A model generated the notes under the pieces. That model saw nothing but the letters and a program-made list of their open reading frames with translations, was not told the origin of the DNA and searched no databases. A stretch of DNA of 64,000 nt from Stegostoma tigrinum (taxonomy: Eukaryota): NCBI RefSeq assembly GCF_030684315.1, contig NC_081374.1, positions 34,508,630 through 34,572,629 of the forward strand. The letters run 5' to 3'. Positions 35,206 to 48,973 of the stretch are shown one piece after another (the stretch's first letter is position 1; every line of letters starts with the position of its first letter). The translations under genes and the position numbers were made by a program.

Positions 35206-36212
35206 GCACATTAAAATTAGAGGATCGTTGTAGGCTGCAGTATTTGTTTACACCGCATGTATCTCACAAGTGCACCCGCTTCCTGGCGTGGTATACTTTA
35301 GTTTCAAGTTGTTTCCATTATAACTTACAATATGTATATTTTAGAATATTGCCTAGTCTATCACAGCCGAATTACACAAGCTAATGAGCAAGTCCTTCAA
35401 GTGGATCAAAATGCTCTCTGACATTCTTTCATCTGCATTGTTCTTTCGGGTAGTAAAGCCCATATAATGTCTATATTAAAGATTTAAGCATATTTTACAA
35501 AATAATGTTGAATCTTATGATTTGTTGATTGTTGAGACTGTTTAATGACTCTTGAAAGCCAGAAGATCTAATTTCTAACATTTAATAAGCAATGGGGTGA
35601 AAAGTGAAATGTACTAGTGGAATGAAAGGCAGATTGAAAACTAATTTCCTCAATTTAAACCCGAAAAGGAATAAGTGAACAAAAGGAGAGAAACATAAAA
35701 TAATGATCAGTTGGAGAGGATTACACGATACTGATATCAGCATTTAACAAATCTATACTAGGCAATGAGGGTAATTTTCCAAGCATGAGCTAAATCATGT
35801 GGAAAACTGTCTTTGTGAAATGATTTAAGGTAATTTTTTTTAGTACATGCAAGTACATTAACCATTGCATATTTATGTAATTATGTAAAATAATGAGTTG
35901 TCCTTGTGCTCGGATTAAATGCAAATTGCCTTCTTTTCAAAGCACTTCCCGGAGATTATGGAACAAAACATTTTGTACTAAAATTCATCCTTTAGCAATA
36001 AAAATTCTGTATTTCCAAAGAGGCTAAATGAAGCAGATGGATTCAAACATAGAAAGGACTGCCAGCAGTGAGACAACCAGGTGGAAACCATTGGCAGCAG
36101 ATGAAGTGAGAGTTTAATTTTAGCTACAAACTGAGAGTGGAGGAAGTACGCTGCAAATAACCCACAGGAGGAAACTATAGCATTCTATATCACTGCAAGG
36201 TCATTGGCTAAA

Positions 36213-36330
36213 CATATGGATGATAATGGAATAGTGTAGGTTAGATGGGCTTCAGATTGGTTTCACAGGTCGCCGCAACATCGAGGGCCAAAGGGCCTGT
36301 ACTGTACTGTAATTTTCTATGTTCTGTGTT
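36213..36330 (+). mobile_element. CR1 3' UTR fragment
   Basis: Near-identical to the 3' ends at 51730-51845 (reverse) and 59105-59225. Confidence 0.8.
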
Positions 36331-36780
36331 CAACATTGCTTATATTCATGGCGAGGAACTGGTTGGAAAAGTCAATAATTCAATTCTACATGATGTTGTG
36401 CAACAGTGGAAGATGACATTGTAAAACCTTCAATATTTATGTCAAGAAAGAGCTTGGGAAGCTCAATAGGATCCCCAATCATTGTGTTTTGTTGGTTTTA
36501 GAGCAGGATTGAGATTTAACTGCCCAGAGAAGAAGAGTTTTGTTTAATTATAGCATGTTTGCTTGTAAGTTTTAAAAAAAATGTTTGTTCAATCCCATTC
36601 TACCCCAGAAATATGGGCAGTTAGGACCCAGTGATCTCACAAGGCAAGGGAGGTCAAAAATAACCAAATAGCTTGTCAAGGCTGGACTTACCGAAGCCAC
36701 AGTAAACAAATTAAATGGGCCATATATCGTTTACTTTTGTTTCGTTGCACGCTTTTTATCTGGGCAGATTGATACCAAAT

Positions 36781-37000
36781 AAAACAAATGAAGAACTGTA
36801 AGGTGCTGGAAGTCAGAAACAAAAACTGAAATTATTGGAAAAACTCAGCAGGTTAGCAGCATCTGTGGAGAGAAAAACAAATTAACATTTCATCTCCAGT
36901 GACCCTTCGCTGTAAGGGGTCACTGGACCCGAAACGTTAACTCTGCTTTCTCTCCACAGATGCTTTTGGACCTACTCAGGTTCTAGCAATTTCTGTTTTT
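36781..37000 (-). mobile_element. Older fold-back family-B PLE mini-element
   Basis: cagcatctgtggagagaaa...ccagtgacccttc / gggtcactggacccGAAACGTTaactctgctttctctccacagatgc, inverted about ~36911; tail on the left. Confidence 0.8.
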
Positions 37001-38559
37001 CAATGTTGGCTGGATTGATAGCCTGGCAGAGGCTGGAAAGGTTTATTCCTCACCATGGGATCGTTCAGCACAGTCTCCGGCAATTGGGAGGGGAGTCGTA
37101 AACAAGTGCGATATCAATCCATGTTTTAAACAGTACGACCCTTAATAATAAATTAGTTTCTGTATCCACTCCAATCAAACTCTAAGCTGCATATTTAAGA
37201 AGTCCTAGTATTGTCACGAATGGGCTGGGAATCAAGAGAGAGGTGTAGTGCAGTGTGAGGATAAGTCATTTGCTCTGTGAGGGCTTCATTAAAGTATGTG
37301 AATGCAGTATCCCATGGAGGATACTAACATGTCATAAAATTATACTCACTTGCAGTGTAAGAGTTGGGAGCCTTTTTATGAAATTACCTCTAATGTGCCT
37401 GATTATAAAGAACATTCATAGAAATATAATCTTGTCAGTTACAGATTGGCTTTTTTTTCCTGAGGATTTCAGAGATACTGAATGATGAATGTACACTGTG
37501 ACATTTTAAGAACGCCTCCTCTAATTTACCCTTTCAAATGTACTTACCTTAGAATCTTGTATGAGTTGACTAAGGGTTTTTCCTGAATTGTAACATAATT
37601 GATGCTGCCATATTGCAGAGCTGGAACTGAAATGTTAAATGAACAGTTGGACTGTACAAAAATTAAATATGTCCAAGTCTTTGAAGGAAGGTTTCAAAAA
37701 ACTCTTCTGAAAGAGAATAAATCAGAAATGCGTTCTCCTCTGAAAGACTGTTAGATAGCCATCTGTAGCTCAGGTTGGAGGTTTTAAGCTAAAATTGATT
37801 GATTAAAATAGGTGGAAGTGATTGCCAAGCAAGATCACCATTTATCAAGTTCATCACAAAGTTATTCAATGGGTTTATCTTACAATTCTTTTCCAATGAA
37901 TAGCTGATTTCTTTACATTGTGAAAATTGCTGTATTTTATTAGTATTTTCTGAAGTCACAGCCAATAGTTTAAACTGTATTAACCACAAAGAAAATGCAT
38001 CACTTTTACTGTTTTCACGGCTTCACTACATAATTTTATTTTCACTTTATTTCACCACTCATGAAAATACTTATAAAACACTTGTTTTATATATGGACTG
38101 GTCTAGTTACTGATTAACTAAAAGAAAAAAAGGTAACAAAGAGAATAAATAATTCTCTTTTCTTGCAAATAAGCCTAATGAAAAATGTTGCTTTTTGTAT
38201 GACCTCTGAATTGTAGATGATTTTTAAATCAAATTATTAAGATTATTGTTCTGAGTAAGAAATGCACATTGATAACAACAGTTAATGAATTAACATAATT
38301 GTGAGCCTAATCGTATGAGGTTCTGCATTTAAATTCTATTTGGATGTCTCTTCCAGCAATTATGGCATGTCTCTACTCAAGCGTGACTATTTTCTGACTC
38401 TGGCAGGTGTCTGTAGAATCTGTTTCCACTATAGTATATTCTCTACTGTAAGGTAGCATATCTCTCTTTGGTACAGATTGATGCTGCTCTCTCCTCGAAG
38501 TCTATGACTCTTGATGTTGCTGCTACACCTTCGGTTACATTGCTGCGCCAATGGAAAAT

Positions 38560-39240
38560 GCATTCTAGGGAGCCCACACCTTCTTACATTCGCTGTACAT
38601 ATTCACATCTTTCATCTTGCAGGTAGCTTTCATCCATCCCTCAGAATGTGGTCCAGATCATGTATCAATAGTGACAACTCCTCAGAAGGGCTTACTCCCC
38701 TGAGGGTGCACCATCACAGGACTCAGGCAAACCATTCTCCAGTTCAGATGCACCCCAGTGCTGGGGCCGGTAATGCAGATAGTTGGGCTTTCACTTGTTG
38801 GCCCATATTTCACACAAGAAGAGGAGCAGATGTTGGAGTCAGGAGCAGCAATGGTGAGCCTGTGTCAGAGGGCACAGGATCCTTCAAGCTGTTAGCTGGG
38901 TACAGGTGCTATACCTCGGGGCCATTGACAAACAGAATACTTCTGCAGCAGTCACTGGCAAAGTACAATGTGCTGATAGGATCCCCAAGCACAGTGCAAA
39001 GCTACAGAGAGATTGGACATATCCATCTCAGGCATGAGTGGCAGGATATCATAGGGCTTTGGAATGATGACTGCATCCATGCACAGAGCAACAAATTCAA
39101 CAAATATGTTACTGCGTGTAGCTCTTCTCCGTTGGCTTGCAGATTATGAATATCACCTTAAATAAGATGAATAGCATCCTAAAATTAGCCCATCATCTCT
39201 CCGCTATTCTGCAACAAAATATTCAGATTGCCAACAGGGA
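38560..39240 (+). pseudogene. Possible fossil PIF/Harbinger DDE transposase
   Basis: Across frames: AGSFH (cf. xGSFQ), FKLLAGY + LGAID (cf. F..AGFP..IGAIDG), GLWNDDCIHAQS (cf. GSVHDxxIFxNS) and WLADYEYHLK (cf. LGDxxYPL), with plausible spacing. Heavily decayed. Confidence 0.4.
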
Positions 39241-39288
39241 AATGTGGTTAACCCATTAGTTGGATGATGTGAAATCACCAACTAATGT

Positions 39289-39372
39289 GAGTTCAAGAGC
39301 CATGAAGTAATGCTCCAGTTGTACAAATCCCTGGTTCGGCCAGATCTGGAGTACATATTTGCCCCAGTCTGC
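39289..39372 (+). mobile_element. CR1 ORF2 fragment
   Basis: gagttcaagagccatgaagtaatgctccagttgtacaaatccctggttcggccagatctggagtac translates as EFKSHEVMLQLYKSLVRPDLEY. Confidence 0.75.
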
Positions 39373-40099
39373 CATGTTCAGGGCAAATGTCAGCAACTGT
39401 GTGAGGCAGCTCCGCATTGGTAATGTTTGTCCAGGCGCACAAGAGCCTTTTAAAGATGGTGCCAGTGTACTGGATGTAATTCAATCCTTGGTCTCCAGTG
39501 TGTGGTGTGTTGCTCCAGGAACAGTGTGTAATAACATGGGTTAGAAACAGGGTGAGTTGCTCACCAGGGAAGCTCAATATCAATTAAAGTGGTGAGTTTG
39601 GTAAGATATGGTGAACAAATTTGCCCAGATCCGACTCCACCAATCTCAATGTGACTTGTCCTTTGCAAAAAAAAGAGTTTGCAGTGTTTTGTTACTAAAT
39701 TGGAGAAAGACCAATACAGCTATCTTCTGGAGATCTCCTTACTTCTCTTCATCTGTTTCAATCCCCTCACAGAGTCTGTGTTAAACAGCAACCTGACCAC
39801 TCAGAGGCTTGTTACTTTGGGGAGCTCTCTTGAATCCATAAAATGTGGTGCCAATTTGTATGGGCTCACAGACTCCAAAAGTTATCATTGTTTGATAAGT
39901 TAGCTTCCTTTGGAAAACAACACCCTCTAATTTTCCTTGCTTTTAAAGCAGTGCCCATCCTTTTCATTTTCAGTCTACAGGCCAAAGGATGTGGTCCCTT
40001 ACAATATGCTGATGTCACCACAGAGATGAATGGACAATAATCAGGAGTCAGTTAATGTTCCCCCTTTTCAAAATGGGTGGATTAGAACAGTGGGTCAGA

Positions 40100-41310
40100 T
40101 GTTTTTTATTTGTTCATGAGATGCAGATATCAGTGTCTTGACAAGCATTTCTTACCCATCGCTACTTGCTCTTGTGTTCCAGGATTTTCACCCAACAGGA
40201 GGGAATGGTGATAAGGTTCCAACTCAGGATGGTGTATTATTTGGAGGGGAACTTACAGATGGTGGTGTTTCCATGCATCTTCTGTTCCTCATGCTCCTAA
40301 TTGGTAGAAGTCATGGGATGGAAAGGTGCTGTTAAAGGAGTTTTGGTAAGTTGTAGCAACATATCTTGTGAATGGTGCACAGTGCAGCCACTGAGTGTTA
40401 ATGGTGAATGGGCTGCATTGTCCTCGATGGCATCAAGCCTAATGAGTGCTGTTCGAGCTACACTCATCCGTACCAGTGGAGCGTATATACCATCATACTG
40501 CTGACATGTATCTTGTAATTGGGGACAGGCGCTGAAGAGTCAGGAGCTGAGTTACTCATTGTAGGATTCATAGCCTGGAACATGTTCTTGCAGCCATATA
40601 TTTATATGACTGGTTCAGTTCAGTTTCAGGTCAGTCGTAACCTCCAGGATGTTAATAATGCAGGATTCTGCAACAGTAATGTCATTGAACATCAGGGTGA
40701 GATGGTTATATACAGTCTTGTTGGAGATGATTATTTCCTGGCACTTATGTGGCAAGCTGTCACATGGAGTGAAATGAATTGGCTAAAGACTGGCATTTGT
40801 AATGTTGGAACCTCAGGAGGAGGCTGAGATCGATCATCCACTCGACATTTCTGGCTGAGGACTGATGCAAATGTTTCAGCCTTGTATTTTGTACTAATGT
40901 ACTGGGCTCCCCCATCATTGTGGATGAGAATATTTGAGAATTGACCTCTTCCTATTAGTAATTTAGTTGTCGACCATCGTTTGCAACTGTGTGTCTGAGG
41001 ACTGCAGAGTTTAGATCTAATTTGTTGGTTTGAGATTTCTTAGCTCTGTCTGTTGCTAGCTACTTCTATTGTATAGCATATAAGTAGCCTCCTGTTTTGT
41101 AACCACCAAGCTGTCACTTCAGTTTTAGGTCCACCTGGTGCTGCTCTTGGCCTGCACTCCTGCACTCTTCATTCAATGGTTTGTGCAGTGGTGGTAATGG
41201 TACTGTAGGTGATATCTCAGGTCATGCAGATACCAGTGTAGGTGGATACAATTCTATGCATGCTGATGGCCCACACTGCCTCATGCAGGTCCCATTTGGA
41301 GTTGTTGGAC
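40100..41310 (-). mobile_element. Degenerate non-LTR retrotransposon (CR1/L2-group), internally deleted
   Basis: Minus strand includes an SQKCRVDD...PPEVP-like linker. Its 3' end is homologous to 3730 and 33170. Confidence 0.55.
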
Positions 41311-41533
41311 CTGTTGAAATTTTAAAGATCCAGACGGGCCTCTATTTTTAGGTTTAATTAAGGTGAATCTTGGGGTACCGAGCCAACCCACATGCAGTAT
41401 GTGGTGTTGCAAGTTAATTATTTTCCTGGGCTGGCAGACTTGCAGCTTTCACAATGGTTAGCTGCATTTCTCAGGTCTCTGAAAACCTGGCAGTACAAAG
41501 GAAGCAAGGACAGCTTTGTGAGAGACTGCACAA

Positions 41534-41536
<3 letters not shown>

Positions 41537-41574
<38 letters not shown>

Positions 41575-41600
41575 CGCTCGCTCTCGCTCTCGCTCTCTCT
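41537..41600. repeat. (CA)n followed by (CTCTCG)n/(CT)n microsatellite
   Basis: Seen directly. Confidence 0.95.
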
Positions 41601-43878
41601 TAGCTTCTTCTCTGCATCAAACTCACTACATTATCAGGGATTGAATCTCACACTGTGATCTACTTCAGAGTCTTCCTTGTGGAACTGCATGAACGCTGAG
41701 TTGCTATCATGATATGCAGAAGAAATGTGTTCAGGTCAGAAGGCTCATTCTGCGAAGTTAAATCTCTGCAAAATATGGACTCAATTTCCCCATCTGAAAT
41801 TCTAACCCCCTCCCACCTCTGCATCCCCAGCACCAACACAGCAACCCACTTGTGTTAATATATACCCCTATCTGCTGCCCTTCTTGATATTAGCTGATAC
41901 AGCAGAGACAAGGGTCAGATTTAACATTAATAGCACTCTGCTTAATAGCACTCTGACTAATCCCAATAACCACCAAGTAACTGGGGGAAATTGACCGGTG
42001 CTTAAAGACATTTTACCTTCTCTCCACCTAATTGCTATGTAATAGGATTCATAACCATTTTATTCAGTAAGTGAATGATTTTGATTGATCATCCATTGAA
42101 TTGGCTAACAATTTAGCGGATTGAAATATGTTCCTATGATTGACTCAACAATTTGCCAAACATCATAATATTAGTATTTCTTGGGGCTAATCATATCATG
42201 GCGCCTGCTCTGCTCAGGCAAGCTCATTGAACCACACAAGGGATTTCTGAGGATTTACTTTAAAGGGAAACAAAATGACAAGACAACTTTTAAAAATCCC
42301 TTCATCTTCCTTACATCATTGCATTTTGGCTCATTTTTTACAAAAATATTGTGTAAGTGAGAGGCAAAAATGATTACACCAGACTGTTTCAATGTTATGA
42401 CTTTTAACTATAATTACATTGATTCCAAAGAACCATATTGCAATATCAAAGCACTAAGATTACAGTGTGGCACCAATGCACATTTTTAGTAGTCAGGCAC
42501 ATGTCTGACAAGATTAGTTAAGGAGATAAAAGTTCAGAGTTTCCAGTGTTTTTGTTGTTAGTTTTGCTGTTATTACCATTATACATCTTAAGATTTGAGG
42601 TCATCATCATCTCCCCCCAGTGTCAGAACTGTCAGAAACAAAGTCCCTGATTTTAGTTAATTGATGTATTAATTTGCCAATGGCAAATATGTAAAAATGC
42701 CTCCTGGTAATTCATTGCTTTCTGTAGTTTGCTTCCCCTAAACAGGAGAGATCTGTATGTTGCCCCCTTTCTCCCACCTCTGGCTCAGTGGATATTAAGC
42801 ATTGGTGGGTGAATATGGTGAATGTAAACTCATACTTTGTTGCTATGGCCAAGCATGTCCAATTATCACTGTGGTCCACTACTTGAACAAATGCAAGAAT
42901 AAGCCTGTAATGTTAAATTCAGCTGGACAAAAACAGAAAGAGAATTTATTCAGCTTGTTGTAATGATAAGATCATAAAATTGTAAGAAATAGGAACAGGA
43001 GTAGGCCATTCAGCCCATCATGCCAGCACTGCTAGCCAGTGTAATTATTTCAGATTGCAAACTTAACCCCACTTTATCTGCCTGTCCTTCAAATTCCTTG
43101 CCTCCTTTATAGATTCAAAACATACTTCACCCAGCCTTGAATATATGCACGGATCCCATTTCCATTGATCTTTCTAGAAGAGAACTTTAAAGATTGTGGT
43201 CTGAAACTTACTATATTTTGGCTGTGGCAAGTTTATTGAGTTTCCCTGAGGGTATTTCTCCATGAGGTTCTTAATCTTCCTTGTTGTATGATCGCAAAAT
43301 TCACAGCATTAACTACTATCCATTAACTATAGCACCTCTCTAATCCACTGCTAGCTTAATTCTACTGCTCACCACAGCTGGAAAAACACACCACTCTTCA
43401 ATTATCTCAGAATAGACTGGCATCCCTGATAAATACTCTCCAAACACCCAGCCAATGGCTGGCATTCCAGAGTTTCCCTTCATCGGCACTGTAATGGCAC
43501 AGTAGCCCCAGACGCAAGCTGATCTCAGCACAAGGCTGACACTCCCTGGCGCATTCAGCTCCTTTTTCCTACCCCAGGCCTGATGTCCCAACAATACAGT
43601 TTACCTGGCTTTAGCTATATTCCATTTTTCATCAAGTCACAGTCACTCTGACCCCAGTGTCTGTGATACACCAGCATCTTATTGTTATCCAACAGGGACC
43701 AAGCATTCAGACAATTCCACAGATGATTCTTTTATTTATAGCCACCAAACATTAACGCAAACAAATTCAGTAAAGATTACCCCCCACACTGTAAACACAA
43801 TACTGCAATGGTGACCCGTCACTATTTTACAATCCACAATTGTTTGCTGCACGTAGCTTTCATCTACTGGAACCTAGT

Positions 43879-43984
43879 TCAGTTCTGAGGAAGGGTCACT
43901 GAACCCACAAAGTTAACTCTGATTTCTCTCCACTGATGCTGCCAGGCCTGCTCTGTCTTTCCAGCAATTTCTGTTTTTGTTTCC
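43879..43984 (+). mobile_element. Family-B PLE arm without tail, decayed hammerhead
   Basis: agttCTGAGGAagggtcactgaaccc...gttaactctgatttctctccac; flanked by the similar catctactggaacctagt and catctgctgaaacctggt (possible old TSD). Confidence 0.75.
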
Positions 43985-44367
43985 CATCTGCTGAAACCTG
44001 GTATCAATCTTGTTGTAGTGCCTGATGCAGCTGAGCTCTGTCACATAGAAGGAGAGCTCCCTCCTCCTCAATGTCCTGATCCACCCATCAGACAATTGTT
44101 CCCATTCACTCCATTCCTCAGCATCCAACACAAGGCAACATTGCCTCCTCCCATTGTGCATGCCAGGATGACACAATGCACTTGCTGAGAATATATTGCA
44201 GTGTTCTAATCTGGCAAACTGTGTTTTAATTGAAATATGATGTAGCTGTGTGCTAAAATGGTTTTAAATGTTTGTTGTGATCAACTGAGGAAATTTTGAA
44301 AAAAGAACAAAATCATTCCTCTTCACCAGGTCATAATAGGGTCAAGATCCATTTCCAATATCCCCTT

Positions 44368-44848
44368 TCATAGAACAGTATAGCACAGTACAGGCCCTTC
44401 AGCCCACGATGTTATGCCAAACCTTTACCCTAATCCTAACGTCTATCTAATCTCCACCCTGACCTTATACTATCATCCATATGCCTACCTAGTAGCCACT
44501 TAAATGCCGTTAATGAGGCCAACTCCACATCCCGACCACTGAGTAAAGAACCTACTTTTGACGTCTGCCCTGTATCTGCCTTCACTCACTTTAAAACTAT
44601 CCCCCCTTGTAACAGCTACCTCCACCCTAGGAAAAAGTCTCTGGCTGTCTACTCTATCTATACCTCTGATCATTTTGTACACCTCTATCAAGTCACCTCT
44701 CATCTGTTGTCGTTCTCAAGAGAAAAGCCCTGGCTCTCTTAAACTTTCCTTGTAAGACCTTCCCTCCATTCCAGGCAGCATCCTGGTAAATCTCCTCTGC
44801 ACCTTTTCCAATGCTTCCACATTTTTCCTGTAATGAGGCGACCAGAAC
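44368..44848 (-). mobile_element. CR1 LINE 3' fragment
   Basis: MRGDLIEVYKMIRGIDRVDSQRLFPR...TRGDSFKV...FFTQ. Confidence 0.9.
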
Positions 44849-45169
44849 AGAAAAGCAATGGGCCAAAGCAAGAATCCAATGAAAACTACAGACTGACCAT
44901 TATTGTGTAGATGACATCAATGTATCATTGAACGATTGAGGATTGTGAAAATAAACCATCTTATTTTGTAATTTTGGACTCATTATACATAATATTTTCC
45001 TCTGACTACAGTAGTTCTTTCCACTCCTGATGTTGGTATATTTTTGTTTATGTTTTGTTTGAATATACTTGCATGTGCGTGGGAATTCTAAACAGGGTAA
45101 AGTTTAATACAAATAAATTTGAAGCCCTGTTCTTTTATTGTTCTTGTTAAAATTGGCGTTTTTTTAAAG

Positions 45170-45415
45170 ACCATAAGACATAGGAGCAGAAATTAGTCCA
45201 TTCGGCCCATCGAGTCTGCTCTGCCATTCAATCATGGCTGGTAAGTTCCTCAATCCCATTATCCTGGTTTCTCCCCATAACCCTTGATCATCAAGAACCT
45301 ATCTGTCTCAGTCTTAAATGTACTCAATGACCTGGCCTCCACGGCCTTCTATGGCAGTGAATTCCATAGATTCACCACTCTCTGGCTGAAGAAGTTTCTC
45401 CTCATCTCTGTTTTA
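45170..45415 (-). mobile_element. CR1 3' end fragment (second subfamily)
   Basis: accataagacataggagcaga tail; gaattccatagattcaccactctctggctgaagaagtttctcc is the antisense of RNFFSQRVVNLWNS. Confidence 0.85.
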
Positions 45416-47517
45416 ACAGTCACTGAAGAAAATTGGTCTGCTTTTGCAATTCAGAGACAAATTCAAAATCACATCACATTTGTTTTGAGTCCTGGAGTGA
45501 AACTTGGTGGGTTGTGGCAGTGTATAGCCGTCAGATAAGGAATACTCCACTGCAGGGGTTTCAATGGTCGGCAAGTTGTCAGCACTTAACCATTTGAAAT
45601 CAAATGGAACCAATGAATTTTTGATTGTGACTGTGACTGTAGAGTGCATTTCTCCGGAGATGAAAGTAAAAGGGGAAAACAAAATGATAAGTGTGCTTGT
45701 GCTTCTTTTTAATTGCTATTTATTTGTGAGAGCTTACAGCCTTGATAAAAAGAATCTGAAACATTTACTCGTCTCCTCTCCCTGGAGATGTTTCCTACCC
45801 CAGCTGAGTGCAAGTCACCAGTGCATTGTCTTTTCATCTTAATTGAAATTTTATTGAGTCTGGTTCTTGCTATCCGTCAATGTCTTTTAAACAACTGGCC
45901 AGTCTAGAAAGAACTTCTTCAAAAGCTAAATTTGAAGCCAATTTTGTTTTGTTGCCTACTGCAGTAGCCTGCTGATTCCTGTGCATTGGTATTTCGAAGG
46001 AAGACATGGCCAGCTGACATGAAGCTTTGACCTAATTTGTTTCTCCGTTCTAGCAGCAACAAGAGCAAAGCGATAAATGTAACTGCCACTGTTTAAAATT
46101 GCTCATACATCCAAAGAATTTTGGCCATTCCATTAACAAAAAGCCAGAGGGCCCTGGTTTCAGCTGAAGCCAATTTTAAATCATATTCACCATGTTTACC
46201 TGAAAAAACAAATATATGTGACCCAAAGTTCTCTATTTAATGCAGGCACAGAGAGCCTAAAATTAGCAGGGGAGGAGTTAACACATTAACAACATAAACT
46301 TATGTAAGGCAATATGTGATGTTGAAAACATCTGATATAACAGTGGTTAGCAGTTCTCACTTTCCAAACATGCATCAGCTTGCAGACTCTAAGTATACCA
46401 TGCCTTTGGCTATTCGGGGAGAATGCATTGTAAAGTATACTGAATATTATGCTTGTAAAATCTTTATTACTACAGTTAATTAAAAAAAAACTCCTGCTCG
46501 TGTTTCCCATCCCAAAGTGAAAATTCAGCTCTGAAAATTAAAACACGAACAAAAACAAAAAACAAAAGAAATTCAGGCATCAACCAATTAGGAAGGCAAA
46601 TGATATGTTGGCCTTCATTGCAAAGGACCCAAAGTGCAAGGATGAGAAAGTTGTGTTTAAGACTTTGGGGAGAATATACTTGGGGGAGTAATGTCAAAGG
46701 TCCCTGATGCAGGGTGTTTAGAGGTATTTTCAGCAGTGCTGGTGTAAAATAAAATGGATCATTAACACCCTGCCTTTCTTGTCCCTCCTGAGCCATCTCC
46801 TATAATATGATGGGTAATATTAAGATATTATGCAGCCACACAAACCTTGGACCTACTAAGGCCCTTAGGTGACCAATCGATGACCAGTGAAGGGCTCCTT
46901 TACCAACCACTTCCACAATAACATATGTAGCTGGGGAAGATAGGGTTAAACCACCACTTTTTCATCTCAGGTGAAAAGGTGGGAAAGAATAAGAACTACC
47001 TCATTTAAAGAGGACACCCCATGCCCCGGCAAAATGTTACCAGCCCCCTTTTCGCCTTCCCCTTAACTTTTCCCTCAGGATCCCAATCACACAGGGCACC
47101 AAAATCTCCAGTAACCACATTGCCTCCGTTCTTCTTAGAACTGCTCGTAGTCCCAGCAATGGTCATTAGGGGAGAGGTCTCATACTGCTGGTCCTATTCA
47201 GCTAATTAACCAGCCGTTCACAAGGAAAGATTTTAATTTGGTGAAGCCCAGAAGTCTCACAATGCAGAGACAAATCAGAATTTGTGGTTGTTTTGTTAAA
47301 GTCAGGTCCAGCATGATATTGTCATTGTGGTACCCTGGGATGGGGGCGGGCAGGGTCTTTTGATAGAATGCTATGCAAACTGGCCATCTTAAAATTCAGT
47401 CTCTGGATTTGCCATCGTCATCATTGGATGTCATTTAATTCAGAGATGATTTGTACTCAGAAACAATAGTTTCTGCAAAATTTAAATAGATATGTCAAAA
47501 ACCTGTCCTTATATCAG

Positions 47518-47760
47518 GTAGTTAGGGTGTGGAATGCACTGCCTAGAGAAGTGGTGGTGGCAGGTTCTTTGGAGGAATTCAAGAGGGAGTTGGACTTTTT
47601 TTGGTTAGTAATGGATACAAGGATATGGGGGACAGGCAGAAGATTGGCACTAGATAATAGAGCCAGACGAGATAACAGATCCAGACTAGATAATAGAGTA
47701 GGTGCAGATATAATGGGCTGACGAGCTTCCTTTGGCCGTGTAAATATCCTGTTATTCTGT
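47518..47760 (+). mobile_element. CR1 3' fragment containing an 18-bp tandem repeat (~3 copies, 47650-47698)
   Basis: WNALPREVVVAGSLEEFKRELD; ctagataatagagccaga/cgagataacagatccaga/ctagataatagag. Confidence 0.75.
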
Positions 47761-48654
47761 GAATTGTCAGATTACAAACTGAGTGACATGACCATTATAC
47801 CATCACCTCCCCTTGTCACCAGGTGAGATGGACGTTGACTCTTCTATCATGCTTCCAAAGGGAGCTAAACCATTCCCTGACCAAAGCAGAGATTACATCA
47901 TGTAGGAGCTGAGCCAGAGGGCATGGAAGGGACTTCTGTTGATTAACTGAGAAGGTCAGAGTGGAGTTGCACTGTTGACTCTAGTTTATTTTCTGTTGTT
48001 TTGCCCATCCCAGATTATATGGATGGAGGGTGGATTGGTGACAATGGGGAGATTTGGGGATGAAAGATATGTTTACTGTGATGACATGGTGCAGGCATAA
48101 TGAGCAAGCAGGTTTATTTCTGCCCATCACGTTATACGCTGATGTAAAGCTGCAATGAGTATAAAATGATGTGCACAAATCAGTTTATTTACTAATGTAA
48201 ACCATTATGGGAGCTCTTTTTCTGGAGCATGGTATGAAGGAGATATTTAAAAAAAAGAGTTCTTCTTCCTCTGAAGTTTTTCACCACCAGCCATGCTGCA
48301 GGAAGGTGGTCAGAAGGATGATGGGGTGGCCATTTCTGTCCTAAACCAGTGGTTGCAAATAAATCCAAATCTCTGCTTTGCCAGTTGTGGAGCAAGTTCA
48401 AGGGTATGTCAATCACATGCTGTATACACATCCTAGCAGGTCTGAAAACTTATACCAAAGCATCTTTTTCTTTTCTTCTCTGTACAGCCCAAATTGTGAC
48501 TCTGCATCAAAACATACCAATTACTGAACTAATAGCACAGCTACGTGCTTCCTCTGAAAGCTATAGATGGCAAACAAGAACAAAAATCTCCTGTAATAAA
48601 CTGCAATAGAAATTACCTTCAACCTGTCAAACTTAGATAGTTCATTGTATTTTG

Positions 48655-48852
48655 AAAACAAAATGCTTGAGAAACTCAGCAGGTCTGGCTGCATCTGTGG
48701 AGAGAGAAACTGTTACTGTTTCGAGCCGAATATGACTTTTTTAGAACTGAAATACAGTCATGCTGGACTTGAAACATTAACTCTAATCTCACTCTACAGA
48801 TGCTGCCACATCTGCTGAGTTTCTCCAGCAATTTCTATTTTTACTTCAGATT
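48655..48852. mobile_element. Old fold-back family-B-like PLE mini-element
   Basis: gagaaactcagcaggtctggctgcatctgtggagagaga is inverted with ctctacagatgctgccacatctgctgagtttctc; the centre is decayed. Confidence 0.75.
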
Positions 48853-48973
48853 TGTAGTAGTTCACCTTAATCTGCTTTTGAAACCTGGCTTCTCAAACTG
48901 TGATCATTTATTTCTAGATTTTTGTCATGAAAGCATCAGGGAGGAAACCTGTAAAAGGAGCCATTACCACTAA

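Noticed and set aside
41927-41955. 15-bp tandem duplication (ttaatagcactctg x2)
   Set aside because: An ordinary local slippage duplication with no associated structure.
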